From the NCBI GenBank assembly GCA_041690135.1, contig JAWLHY010000010.1, positions 128,001 to 192,000 of the forward strand: a stretch of 64,000 bases of DNA. Reading direction: 5' to 3'. Source of the DNA: Armatimonadota bacterium (lineage in GTDB: Bacteria; Armatimonadota; SYMT01). Positions 54,083 to 63,602 of this stretch are shown here, piece after piece. The notes below the pieces were generated by a model. That model did no database searches and had not been told where the DNA came from. It saw only the letters and a program-made list of their open reading frames with translations. The first letter of the stretch is position 1. Each line of letters starts with the position of its first letter. Made by a program: the position numbers and the translations under genes.

Positions 54083-56938
54083 TTGAAAAAGGGCTTAAGC
54101 ATCCTTGCGCTGATTGCTCTAGCCGCGGCCGCCATCTGGTATAGCCTGACGCCACAGTTTCCGGTGGCATTGGGTCTGGACCTGAAGGGTGGTATGCGCG
54201 TTACGCTGGAGCCGGATCCGACCAAAGAAGGCGGAACCAACGTTCCCGCAGAGACCATGAAACAGGTGCGGGACGTTATCGAGAAACGGGTCAATAGCTT
54301 CGGATTGGCAGGGGCCGACGTCCGGCTGAAAAGCACGCTGGACGGTCAGCAGCAGATCCTGGTTCTCCTACCCGGCGCTCGGAATCCCGACGAAGCTTTG
54401 ACGCTCATCAGCACCGTGGCCCAGCTGGAGTTCCGGCACCTGCAGAACGTGCAGTCCGAGCGGAACCCGAGCGCCCGGTACAAGATGAACGTGGTCCCTG
54501 GTGATGCCGAGAGGGGCGAGCCGGACACGTACCAGTTCCTCGACACGGAGAACGGCAACAAAGAGGTGCCGCAGGAACAGGTCCTCGGCGAGAGCCAGCT
54601 GGTGGTGAAGGGCGACTCGCTCCGGGCCACCTCCGAAGCGCAGCTCAACCCGACGACGGCCCAGCCTTACGTTTCCTTCGAGTTCAAGCCTGATGGCGCC
54701 CGGGCGTTCGGTACGTTCACGACGGAGAGCGTGGATGAGATCCTGGCGGTGGTACTGGACAACAAGATCATCTCCGCCCCGACGATCAACGAGCCGATCA
54801 CGGATGGGCGCGGGCAGATCTCCGGTGGGTTCCGCAACATGGCGGAAGCCCGCGTCCTCGCCAATCTGCTGAACTCCGGCGCGCTCCCCATTCCGCTGCG
54901 GCCTGCGGAAACGCAGGTCGTGGGCGCCACCCTCGGGCAGGAGTCGATCGAGCGCAGCATCCAGGCCGGCCTGATCGGTCTCGGGCTCGTGCTGGTTTTC
55001 ATGCTGGCCTACTACTGGCTGCCGGGCCTGCTGGCGTGTCTCGCACTCGTCTTCTACGCGGCGCTGAACTTCGCCATCTTCAAGGGCCTGGGTATCTTCC
55101 CACCGATCGTACTGGACCTGCCGGGTATTACCGGTTTCATCCTGTCGGTCGGTATGGCGGTCGACGCCAACATCCTGATCTTCGAGCGCCTGAAGGAAGA
55201 ACTGAAGGCGGGCAAAAACATCCACGCCGCCGTGGACACCGGTTTCTCCCGCGCGTTTTCGGCGATCCTGGACTCCAACGTCACCACCTGGATCGTGTGC
55301 GCCATCCTGATCTGGCTGGGCGCGCCGATCATCAAGGGTTTCGCCATTACCCTGGCCATTGGTGTCGCGGTGTCGATGTTCACCGCCATCACGGTCACCC
55401 GCACCCTGCTGCACCTGGTGATGGACATGCCGTGGGCCCGCAATGAGAGACTTTACGGTCTCAACGTGAGCTGGATCGGCCTGTTCTTCCCGGCCTCTCG
55501 TCAGGGTGCCATTCTTCCCGTCTACAGCAAGCGGAAGGTCTATTACGGCCTCAGCATCCTCGCCGGCGTCGTTGCTCTCGCCTTCGCGGCCATGACCCCG
55601 TTCGGCATGGGCCTCAAGCCGGGTATCGACTTCACCGGCGGAACCGTGGTGGAGTCGGCCTTCTTCAATCCCAACGTCAACCGTGAAGAGGTGGTGAAGG
55701 CGCTGAGCACAGCGGGGGTCAATGAGGCCACCGTGAGCATCGCTCGCTCCGAACAGACCTGGACCCGCTTCGAGCTTTCCGCCAGCGGCGTGGACAACCC
55801 TGCCGAATCCGCCGTCCGCGACCGGCTGCCGCAGGCGGCGGACAACAACTTCGCGGCGGATCGCTTCCAGGGGACCCGCGAAGGCGAAACCTTCAAGGCG
55901 ACCGGCCTCTACACCGTCCCGGTAACCGAGGCGGACATCCGGCGGGCACTGGCCACACCGCTCTCCGCGGGAGACTCGGCCCTCAATCTGAAGGACCTCA
56001 AGATCACCGTCGCCCCCGAGCCGCGCACGGGTGAGAACGCCGTGGCGATTGCCCTGATCCAGTCCCAGCAACTCCGTCCGGAGCAGTTGGACGAGATCAA
56101 GACGCAGTTGGCTTCCGTGGGCGGGGGGATCGTCGATCCGCTTTATCAGGCGAACTCGATCGGTCCGTCGGTGGCTGCGGAAGTTACTGCCAACGCCTTC
56201 TGGTCCGTGGTGGTGGCTTCGCTCGCGATCGTTCTCTACCTCGCGTTCCGGTTCGCCATCGGCGGGTTCCTGAACGGTCTGAAGTTCGGAACCTGCGCGG
56301 TGATCGCGCTGGTTCACGACGTGGGTATCACCATCGGCCTGTTTGCCCTGATGGGGTGGCTGGCCGGGTGGCAGGTCGACAGTCTCTTCGTAACCGCGGC
56401 GCTGACGATCCTCGGCTTCTCGGTCCACGACACCATCGTGGTTTACGACCGAATCCGCGAGAACCTGCTTCACCGCCGCAAGGGTGAGACCTTTGCCGAG
56501 ATCAGCGACCGCAGTATCACCCAGACCTTCGACCGCTCGTTGAACACCTCGTTCACCGTGCTGCTGGTCATCGCCGCGTTGGTGGTCTTCGGTGGGGAGT
56601 CGATCCGCCTGTTCAACATCGCGCTGCTCTTCGGCGTGGCGATTGGGACCTACTCATCCATCTTCGTGGCGAGCCCGCTGGTGGTCTCTCTGGAGCAGCG
56701 GCTGGCCTCCCAGGAGACCCGTTCCGGAGCGGCCGCGGCGCCTCGCAGCTCCCGGCGGGATGACGCTCCGCTGACACCTGCCCGCCGGGAGCGGCCCAGC
56801 GCGCCCGCCACGTCCAGCCGCACGGCCACGGTCGAGCGCCCTGCCGTAGATACGGAGAGCGCCGCGGATACGGAGACGACCGGTGCGGATCGGTCGAAGT
56901 CGTCATCCATTAAGCCAAGGCGCAAACGACGCATGTAG
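54083..56938 (+). CDS. secDF: Fused protein translocase subunit SecDF
   Basis: LGLDLKGG, LAVVLD, GALP, GMAVDANILIFER, DSNVTT, then GIDFTGG, GFSVHDTIVVYDRIRE, GTYSSIF. TTG start after AGGAGG. Confidence 0.96.
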   Translation: MKKGLSILALIALAAAAIWYSLTPQFPVALGLDLKGGMRVTLEPDPTKEGGTNVPAETMKQVRDVIEKRVNSFGLAGADVRLKSTLDGQQQILVLLPGARNPDEALTLISTVAQLEFRHLQNVQSERNPSARYKMNVVPGDAERGEPDTYQFLDTENGNKEVPQEQVLGESQLVVKGDSLRATSEAQLNPTTAQPYVSFEFKPDGARAFGTFTTESVDEILAVVLDNKIISAPTINEPITDGRGQISGGFRNMAEARVLANLLNSGALPIPLRPAETQVVGATLGQESIERSIQAGLIGLGLVLVFMLAYYWLPGLLACLALVFYAALNFAIFKGLGIFPPIVLDLPGITGFILSVGMAVDANILIFERLKEELKAGKNIHAAVDTGFSRAFSAILDSNVTTWIVCAILIWLGAPIIKGFAITLAIGVAVSMFTAITVTRTLLHLVMDMPWARNERLYGLNVSWIGLFFPASRQGAILPVYSKRKVYYGLSILAGVVALAFAAMTPFGMGLKPGIDFTGGTVVESAFFNPNVNREEVVKALSTAGVNEATVSIARSEQTWTRFELSASGVDNPAESAVRDRLPQAADNNFAADRFQGTREGETFKATGLYTVPVTEADIRRALATPLSAGDSALNLKDLKITVAPEPRTGENAVAIALIQSQQLRPEQLDEIKTQLASVGGGIVDPLYQANSIGPSVAAEVTANAFWSVVVASLAIVLYLAFRFAIGGFLNGLKFGTCAVIALVHDVGITIGLFALMGWLAGWQVDSLFVTAALTILGFSVHDTIVVYDRIRENLLHRRKGETFAEISDRSITQTFDRSLNTSFTVLLVIAALVVFGGESIRLFNIALLFGVAIGTYSSIFVASPLVVSLEQRLASQETRSGAAAAPRSSRRDDAPLTPARRERPSAPATSSRTATVERPAVDTESAADTETTGADRSKSSSIKPRRKRRM

Positions 56939-57159
56939 CGCGGCTTGCGCGGGTAGCGCACTTCGAATGTAGTGAAACGCGGCACTCCGGCGGTTGGCCG
57001 GAGTGCCGCTATGCCGATAAAACATGAGACGTGGAGCGAAGGGAGCGCAGGCCCCCATGTTCCACGTCTCATTTTTTGCGCCTCAAGCTGAATACCGGCC
57101 TCGCCCGTAGCGCTGCCTTCCGCGCGCGGCACGACCGGCTTCCGGACCCTGGACTCGTT

Positions 57160-58896
57160 ATGCCTGCGAAACGCTGGATTCTGCCCCCACCGCCCCACCC
57201 CGATTGCACATCGCTCGGCAGTCGTCTCGGTATCTCGCCGTTTGTTGCCGGGTTGCTCATGAGCCGTGGATTAGAATCCGAGGCCTCCGCACGGCGATTT
57301 CTGAACCCGGAGATGGATCAACTTCACGATCCGTTCCTGTTGCCCAACATCCAGCCCGCGATCGATCGGGTGACGGAGGCGATCCGGAAGGGCGAGAAAA
57401 TCCTCGTTCATGGGGACTACGACGTGGACGGAGTATGTGCCGCGGCATTGATGACGCGGGTGCTGCGGGTCCTCAAAGCGAACGTGGACGTATTTGTCCC
57501 CCATCGCCGGAAGGACGGGTACGACCTATCCGTGGAAACGGTCCAGCGATCCGCGCAGGAAGGGGTGAAGGTCATCATTACGGTGGACTGCGGCATCGTC
57601 GCCTTCCAGGCCGCGGAGGCCGCTCGCCAGGTGGGGATCGACCTCATCATTACCGACCACCACGAGCTCCATCCCGATGGCGACCAACCGAATGCACTTG
57701 CGGTGGTCAACCCCAAGCTTCCCGAGTCCGACTACCCCTTCCACGAACTCTGCGGCACTGGGGTGGCCTACAAGTTCTGCACGGCACTCGTTCAGCACCT
57801 CGGCGTTTCCTCTTCCGCGTTCCGGACCGCCTTCCTGGATCTGGTGGCACTGGCTACCTGCGCCGACTGTATGCCCCTGGTCGATGAGAACCGTATTTTT
57901 GTGCGGGCGGGCCTGGAAACACTCCGGAAGACGAACAAGGCGGGTCTGAAGGCACTTCTGCGCGTAGCGGGTCTGACACCCCAAACGGTGACTACCCGGA
58001 GTCTCGGTTTCGCTTTGGGGCCGCGGATCAATGCCATCGGACGATTGGATGCAGCTGAGCATGCCCTGAAGCTGATGTTGACGGCGGACCAGGCGGAAGC
58101 AGACGCCCTGGCCGAGCGGCTGGACCAGGCCAACCGCGACCGCCAGCAGGAGCAGGAGCGAATTCTGCAAGAGGCGCTCCGCCAGGCCGAACATTACATC
58201 GAAGATAAGATTCTTGTCCTGGCGTCTCCTCGCTGGCACCCGGGAATCATCGGAATCGTGGCGAGCAAGCTGACGGAGTCGTTATGCCGCCCCACGATCA
58301 TGGTCGCCATCGACGAGGATGAGGATAGCGCGCGTGGGTCGTGCCGCAGCGTAGAGGGCTTCCACATCTTTGAGGCTCTCAACGCCTGCCGCGACCTCCT
58401 GGTCCGCTGTGGCGGTCATCAGGCCGCGGCGGGGTTTGATATCCAGCCGGCGAAGTTGGACGAATTCCGCCAGGCGTTGCGGGAAGTGGCGGAGGCGTCG
58501 ATGGAAGAGGAGATGCTCCAGCCTTCCGTCAAAGTCGATGCCGAGTTGCCGTTGGCGGCACTCGACCTGAAGCTGGCTCGCGAGCTGGCGTTGCTGGAGC
58601 CCTACGGACAGGGCAATCCGGAGCCGGTCTTCGTCACCCACGGCCTGGACGTGGTACAGCAGTGGAGACTGAACAATCGCGCCTCACAGGCGGTCGACCA
58701 CCTCAAGCTACGGCTGCGCCACCCGGCCCACTCCGGAGGCCTGGAAGCTCTCTTCTGGAGGGCGTGGGGCCGTGCCGAGGAGTGCCCGCCCAACAGCCGG
58801 ATCGATGCGTGCTTCACGTTGGGTGTGAATACCTTCAACGGAAACCAGAGCGTCCAACTCAGCCTCCTCGACCTGCGAGCCTGCCCGGGAGGATGA
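57160..58896 (+). CDS. recJ: ssDNA-specific exonuclease RecJ
   Basis: HGDYDVDG, ITVDCG, ITDHH, GPRINAIGR, GSCRS, GGH, LEPYGQGNPEP. Confidence 0.96.
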   Translation: MPAKRWILPPPPHPDCTSLGSRLGISPFVAGLLMSRGLESEASARRFLNPEMDQLHDPFLLPNIQPAIDRVTEAIRKGEKILVHGDYDVDGVCAAALMTRVLRVLKANVDVFVPHRRKDGYDLSVETVQRSAQEGVKVIITVDCGIVAFQAAEAARQVGIDLIITDHHELHPDGDQPNALAVVNPKLPESDYPFHELCGTGVAYKFCTALVQHLGVSSSAFRTAFLDLVALATCADCMPLVDENRIFVRAGLETLRKTNKAGLKALLRVAGLTPQTVTTRSLGFALGPRINAIGRLDAAEHALKLMLTADQAEADALAERLDQANRDRQQEQERILQEALRQAEHYIEDKILVLASPRWHPGIIGIVASKLTESLCRPTIMVAIDEDEDSARGSCRSVEGFHIFEALNACRDLLVRCGGHQAAAGFDIQPAKLDEFRQALREVAEASMEEEMLQPSVKVDAELPLAALDLKLARELALLEPYGQGNPEPVFVTHGLDVVQQWRLNNRASQAVDHLKLRLRHPAHSGGLEALFWRAWGRAEECPPNSRIDACFTLGVNTFNGNQSVQLSLLDLRACPGG

Positions 58897-58954
58897 ATAT
58901 GAGAAGTGCAGGGTAGGGAGCCACTTGCACCGATTCGTCGTTGGATCCTGTAAG

Positions 58955-58993
58955 TAGAACAAGCCCGGCAGCTCGGCTGCCGGGCTTGTTCTA
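58955..58993. terminator. Bidirectional terminator hairpin
   Basis: TAGAACAAGCCCGGCAGC-TCG-GCTGCCGGGCTTGTTCTA, 18-bp stem. Confidence 0.75.
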
Positions 58994-59026
58994 TGCAATC
59001 AGGCGTATCTTGCCGCCTTGAGAAGT

Positions 59027-59278
59027 TCAGTTTCGCGTTGCCCGCAAAGATTGGACCTCGTAATTCATGCAGATCGCGGCAATCTCGCTAAGCATTGAGC
59101 GCTCGATCCCCTCCAACTCCCCCTTCAGCTCACTGGGGCTCATAGCACCCGCGCGCCCGCGTAGGTTCGCGGCAGCCACTCGGCCGTCCCGGAATACTTC
59201 CACGATGAGCTTCAAAGCCTCTTGCGCGGCAGTCGGTTCAAGATCCTGGACCAGGTCCGCAAGCTGGGTCGCTTCCAT
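59027..59278 (-). CDS. Small helical hypothetical protein downstream of sigH
   Basis: 83 aa, amphipathic-helix composition, lies between sigH and the terminator. Confidence 0.6.
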   Translation of the reverse strand: MEATQLADLVQDLEPTAAQEALKLIVEVFRDGRVAAANLRGRAGAMSPSELKGELEGIERSMLSEIAAICMNYEVQSLRATRN

Positions 59279-59347
59279 TTGACTGCTTCAGCCCCTTATC
59301 ACCTCTTGCCGGGTTGCCGGCAAGGTACCGGCCCACCGGCTCGACGT

Positions 59348-60025
59348 TCAGACCACAAACGGCCATTCAACACCCTCATCCGTGGCCGCGGTGACTTTCC
59401 GCTTGATTCGCATGAGAGCGTTATCGACCGACTTGGTCTTGCAGTGGAGCTCGCGAGCGATCTCCCGGTAGGACTTACCCATCTGATAGCCGGAGAGAAC
59501 CGACCACTCGAATTCACTGAGCATCTGGTGCAGCAGTGCCCTCAGGCGGCGGGTATCTTCCGTCCGCAGCATCACTTCTTCCGGGTCCAGTTCGTCGTCC
59601 GACTGGAGCACGTCGCCCATGTTCCACTCGGTAGATTCATCATCAGCCGGGATCTCCAGCGACAGTGAGGTGTTCAACGGCACCTGCTTCTGGCGCGTGG
59701 CGGCCTTAATGGCCGTGATGATGTGCCGGTGGATACACACTTTGGCGAACGCCGGGAACGATGTCGCCTTATCGTGCCTGTAATCGATGATTGCCTGCCA
59801 CAGGCCGATCATCCCAACCTGAAGCAGGTCCTCCCGCTCGGCGCCAACCAGGAAGTAAGACTTCACCTTACTGCGTACCAGGTTCCGGTACTTGTACAGC
59901 AGATGCTCTGCGGCATCCTGGCGGCCCTTCTGGGCGAATTCCACAACCGTACTGTCGGCCATCCGCTCGTAGTGCGGGTGATTGGCCGCCGCGGCCTCAT
60001 CAAGTGGATCGAACAATTCCCTCAT
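59348..60025 (-). CDS. sigH: RNA polymerase sigma factor, SigH (Spo0H) family
   Basis: YFLVGAEREDLLQVGMIGL, FAKVCIHRHIITAIKAATRQKQVPLN, GKSYREIA..KSVDNALMRIKRK. Confidence 0.92.
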   Translation of the reverse strand: MRELFDPLDEAAAANHPHYERMADSTVVEFAQKGRQDAAEHLLYKYRNLVRSKVKSYFLVGAEREDLLQVGMIGLWQAIIDYRHDKATSFPAFAKVCIHRHIITAIKAATRQKQVPLNTSLSLEIPADDESTEWNMGDVLQSDDELDPEEVMLRTEDTRRLRALLHQMLSEFEWSVLSGYQMGKSYREIARELHCKTKSVDNALMRIKRKVTAATDEGVEWPFVV

Positions 60026-60215
60026 CCCTGATTCGAAACGGTCAATGTCCAGAATCCGGGCATCTCCAAAGACACCCTGAGGGCGCGAAACTCACCGCTT
60101 GGACAACCGCAATTGGGACTCGGTTGCAATCACGTTCCGTGGTCTAAGCTTCGCGATGTATCGTGGGGAAGGACCCAACGCACACCGTGCGCCGACCGCC
60201 TTAAGTTGTGGGAAG

Positions 60216-60262
60216 GTTCGACACTGGGGAGAGAGGTTCCTACCCACCCTTCAGTTTTTTTT
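60216..60262 (-). promoter_or_regulatory. Candidate sigma-H-type promoter with upstream A-tract
   Basis: Minus strand A8 tract, then AGGA-N18-GAAC, about 190 nt before the sigH start. Confidence 0.4.
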
Positions 60263-60315
60263 GGCGACAGGGGTGGGAGCGATCAAAGGCGATCCTCGCA
60301 GCAGAGCTGCAAAGT

Positions 60316-60513
60316 TCAGTCTTTCCCCTTGGGTGGACGCAACGCGGTCAACTGCGCGGCAATGACGCAGGCCAACACCAGGAGCAATCCTAGCACTGCT
60401 TGCTCGTAAGTGAAGTTGTCGTAGTACCCGGCGTTCTTCACCACCGACTGCAGCACGGGGACGCCTATCAGGAACAGGACAACGCCAATTACCAGCCCAA
60501 TCAGGGTACGCAC
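60316..60513 (-). CDS. Small two-TM membrane protein
   Basis: 65 aa, two clean hydrophobic helices and a basic C-tail. Co-oriented with the operon. Weak RBS. Confidence 0.55.
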   Translation of the reverse strand: MRTLIGLVIGVVLFLIGVPVLQSVVKNAGYYDNFTYEQAVLGLLLVLACVIAAQLTALRPPKGKD

Positions 60514-60540
60514 GGAATTCTTGCTCGAAGTAAACCTGGG

Positions 60541-61218
60541 CTAGCCATCGACCGTTTTGAGGTTCCGACCGGCCTGCGCGGAAGCATCCAGAAGACTGTA
60601 AAGCCAGACCAGCACCCCCAGTATTCCGAGGGCGGCCAGAAACTGATTGATGCTCTCCCCGCGCGGCAGCCCGCCGGAGAAAGCAACCAAGAGCTTGACC
60701 AACTCGCCGCTGCCGAAGACGAGGGAGATCAACCCAATCGCGAGCAGGATTCCGCCCTTGACCCGCTGTCCCAGGAACAACTGCCCCACACCGGGACAGA
60801 GGAGTGAGAACAGGGTGGCGATGGTGGCGTTCCGCTTTCGCTCCGACTTGCGGGAGGGACTGTTCAGGAGCATCTGCGCGGCGATCCGCTCCTGTTCCTC
60901 CTCGCCGATCATCAACGCGGTGCGTGCAATCTTTTCTTCCAGCGAGGCCCTCTCGGGAGCGGCCGCAAAGGCTTTCCGGTAGAGCGCGGCGGCATCCCGG
61001 TAACTCCCTTTCTCCACGAGAAGGTCGCCCAGCATTTCCACGCCCATCACGTCATCGGGGGCGAGCTCCAGCGCCTTGCGACAGAGGGTTTCGGCGGGGA
61101 CCCACTGTCCACGCAGCCGCTGGATGTGCGCCTGCCGAAGCAGTTGCTCCACCCGGGCGGCTTTTCCCTCCGCCGTTTCGCTCGCTGAACCGCCCCCAGG
61201 AGTTACATCGTCCATCAC
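60541..61218 (-). CDS. TPR protein with C-terminal membrane (TM2-like) domain
   Basis: TPR pattern (CRKALELAPDD, LGDLL..G.Y..A..YRKA) and LFSLLCPGVGQLFLGQ..KG motif. Confidence 0.8.
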   Translation of the reverse strand: MMDDVTPGGGSASETAEGKAARVEQLLRQAHIQRLRGQWVPAETLCRKALELAPDDVMGVEMLGDLLVEKGSYRDAAALYRKAFAAAPERASLEEKIARTALMIGEEEQERIAAQMLLNSPSRKSERKRNATIATLFSLLCPGVGQLFLGQRVKGGILLAIGLISLVFGSGELVKLLVAFSGGLPRGESINQFLAALGILGVLVWLYSLLDASAQAGRNLKTVDG

Positions 61219-61251
61219 CCATGCTCCGCCGACACCAACCGCCTGACAGGT

Positions 61252-61593
61252 CTATGCGGCGACCAGGGGCTTTTCACGAGACCAAAAGTCTTCCAGGGCA
61301 TAGAACTTCCGGTCTTCCGGATCGAAGACGTGAGCCACCACATCGCCAAAGTCCATCAGCACCCAGCGCGCCTCGTTGTACCCTTCGCGCCGTACGCCCT
61401 TGATGTCGTGATCTTTCATCGCCTCGACGATCCGGTCGGTGATGGCGCGGATATGGATGTTGGAAGTGCCGGAGCAAACCACCATGTAGTCCGTCATCTG
61501 GGTCTTGTCGGTTACCTCGATGACGTTGACATCCACTGCCTTCAACTCTTCCATCGCTTCGCGGATGACTTCGACCTTTTCTTTAGAATCCAA
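61252..61593 (-). CDS. rsfS: Ribosome silencing factor RsfS
   Basis: KAVDV, TDYMVVCSGTS, EG..ARWVLMDFGDVVAHVF..R.FYALE. Confidence 0.95.
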   Translation of the reverse strand: MDSKEKVEVIREAMEELKAVDVNVIEVTDKTQMTDYMVVCSGTSNIHIRAITDRIVEAMKDHDIKGVRREGYNEARWVLMDFGDVVAHVFDPEDRKFYALEDFWSREKPLVAA

Positions 61594-61713
61594 TCACACC
61601 CTCCGTGTTCTACGACGTGGTCCCTGGGGAGGTGCCCCGGAAGGGATCCGTCAGGGATTTTACCCATGCGAACGGTCACGGCCACGGAAAGTTTCGCGTG
61701 GATCGATCCCGCC

Positions 61714-62307
61714 TTATCCAGAGTATAGCCTGTGTTTCCGCAGGTAGGCCTCGACATCGTCGGGCACCAGGTACTTTACCGGCTCGCCGTTCCGCAGACG
61801 TGCCCGCAAATCCGTGCTGGAGATGTCCACTCCCGGTGCCTGGATGGTGCTGATGCGCGGGAGGTAGGACTCTGGCAGGACGGTATTCAGTCGGTTCAGA
61901 TCATAGCCGGGCCGCGTGACGGCGATGAAGCGGCACAAGCGAACCAGATCTTCGTGGCGGTGCCAGGTAAGGATTTCCAGGGTCGCGTCCGCACCGGTGA
62001 TGAAGAACAACTCCGCTTCCGGTTTTAACTCGCTAAAGGAGCGGATCGTATCGACTGTGTAGCTCGGGCCGCTGCGCTCCATCTCCAGCCGGGAGACCTC
62101 GAAGGCCGGATGGCCGGCGGTGGCCAGCAGCACCATTGCATACCGGTGCTCCTGAGAGACCACTTCGCGGCTCTGCTTGTGCGGGGGGTCGCCGGCGGGC
62201 ACCCAAACCACCCGGTCGAGGGCAAACTCATACCGCGCTTCCTCCGCGATAACGAGATGCCCGAAGTGGACCGGATCAAACGTTCCGCCCATAATCCCCA
62301 GCCGCAT
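61714..62307 (-). CDS. nadD: Nicotinate-nucleotide adenylyltransferase
   Basis: GGTFDPVHFGH, PPHK, SYTVDT, FITGAD, DISSTDLR. Start moved to ATG 62307. Confidence 0.95.
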   Translation of the reverse strand: MRLGIMGGTFDPVHFGHLVIAEEARYEFALDRVVWVPAGDPPHKQSREVVSQEHRYAMVLLATAGHPAFEVSRLEMERSGPSYTVDTIRSFSELKPEAELFFITGADATLEILTWHRHEDLVRLCRFIAVTRPGYDLNRLNTVLPESYLPRISTIQAPGVDISSTDLRARLRNGEPVKYLVPDDVEAYLRKHRLYSG

Positions 62308-62324
62308 AGGAGTTCGCCCGGTTC

Positions 62325-63602
62325 TCAGCCGCGTACCTGTCCTTCCCCGTAGACAATCCACTTCCAGGTGGTCAAGGCCCGGAGTCCGATGGGCCCCCGG
62401 CGGTGGAGCTTCTGGGTGCTGATGCCTAATTCGGCGCCCAGGCCGAACTCAAAGCCGTCCGTAAAGCGCGTAGAAGCGTTGACGTAAACGGCCGCGGCAT
62501 CCACCTGCTGGCAGAACCGCTTACCGGCGAAATAGTCCTGGGTGACGATCGCTTCGCTGTGCTGGGTCCCATACCGGGCGATGTGCGCCATCGCTTCGTC
62601 CAGCCCGTCCACGACCCGCACAGCCAGGATCAGGGCCTGGTAGGGAACGCACCAGTCCTCTTCCGTTGCGGGACGGACTCTCGAAAGGATTTCCTGCGTC
62701 TGCTCGCACCCCCGCAGCTCCACCCCCGCCGCTTGCATGCGCAGCCCCAGGTCCGGCAAGAACTGTTTGGCGATGGGGGCATCGATCAGGAGTGTTTCCA
62801 CGGCGTTGGCCATACCCGGCCGTTGGACCTTCGCGTTGAACGCGATATCGGCCGCCATGTCCAACTTCGCGGTGCGTTCGACGAAGATGTGACAGTTGCC
62901 CGGCCCCGTTTCTAGAGTGGGCACCGTGGCCGTACTGCAAACCCGGCGGATCAGTTCCTGACTCCCGCGGGGGATGAGGAGATCGATCGATTCCCGCAGG
63001 TGCATCATGCGCTCCAACGCCCGCGGATCGGTGGAGCGAATCCGCTGCACTGCCCCATCGGGAACCCCCTGGCGGGCCATGGCCCTACCGATAACTTGCA
63101 GGATCACCTGGTTCGATTGGGCATCATCGGCACTGCCCAGGAATACCACGGCGTTGCCGGCCTTCAGGCAAAGACTAACGGCATCCACGGTGGTATTGGG
63201 GCGGCCTTCCGTAACGATGCCGACTACCCCCAGGGGCATCCGCACTTCCTGAAGGATGAGGCCGTTCGGGCGCCGCGATCCTCGGAGGACCTCCCCTACC
63301 GGATCCGGCGCCGAGGCGACTTCATGCACTCCCTGGGCGATGGCGCCCAGGCGAGGGTAGGTGAGGATGAGGCGATCGATAATCGCCTCGGGCAAGCGCT
63401 TCCGCTCGGCCGCCTGTACGTCGCACTCGTTAGCCTCGAGAATGCGGTCGGCCTCGTTGAGCAACGAATCGGCGATATCGTGAAGCGCGTCGTTCTTCAC
63501 ACCGGTCGGGAGTGCGGCTATCAGGGGCGCGATTTGTCTCGCGCGCTTTCCAGCCTCCTCAACCAGAACTTCCGGGCCCGGCTCGGGTCCGGGTGAACTC
63601 AT
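62325..63602 (-). CDS. proA: Gamma-glutamyl phosphate reductase (ProA) homologue lacking the catalytic Cys
   Basis: DPVGE, PLGVVG, LLIPRG, GNCH, HSEAIVT, VNASTRFTDGFEFGLGAELGISTQKLH. QRPGMANA replaces the usual QRPGVCNA. Confidence 0.85.
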   Translation of the reverse strand: MSSPGPEPGPEVLVEEAGKRARQIAPLIAALPTGVKNDALHDIADSLLNEADRILEANECDVQAAERKRLPEAIIDRLILTYPRLGAIAQGVHEVASAPDPVGEVLRGSRRPNGLILQEVRMPLGVVGIVTEGRPNTTVDAVSLCLKAGNAVVFLGSADDAQSNQVILQVIGRAMARQGVPDGAVQRIRSTDPRALERMMHLRESIDLLIPRGSQELIRRVCSTATVPTLETGPGNCHIFVERTAKLDMAADIAFNAKVQRPGMANAVETLLIDAPIAKQFLPDLGLRMQAAGVELRGCEQTQEILSRVRPATEEDWCVPYQALILAVRVVDGLDEAMAHIARYGTQHSEAIVTQDYFAGKRFCQQVDAAAVYVNASTRFTDGFEFGLGAELGISTQKLHRRGPIGLRALTTWKWIVYGEGQVRG

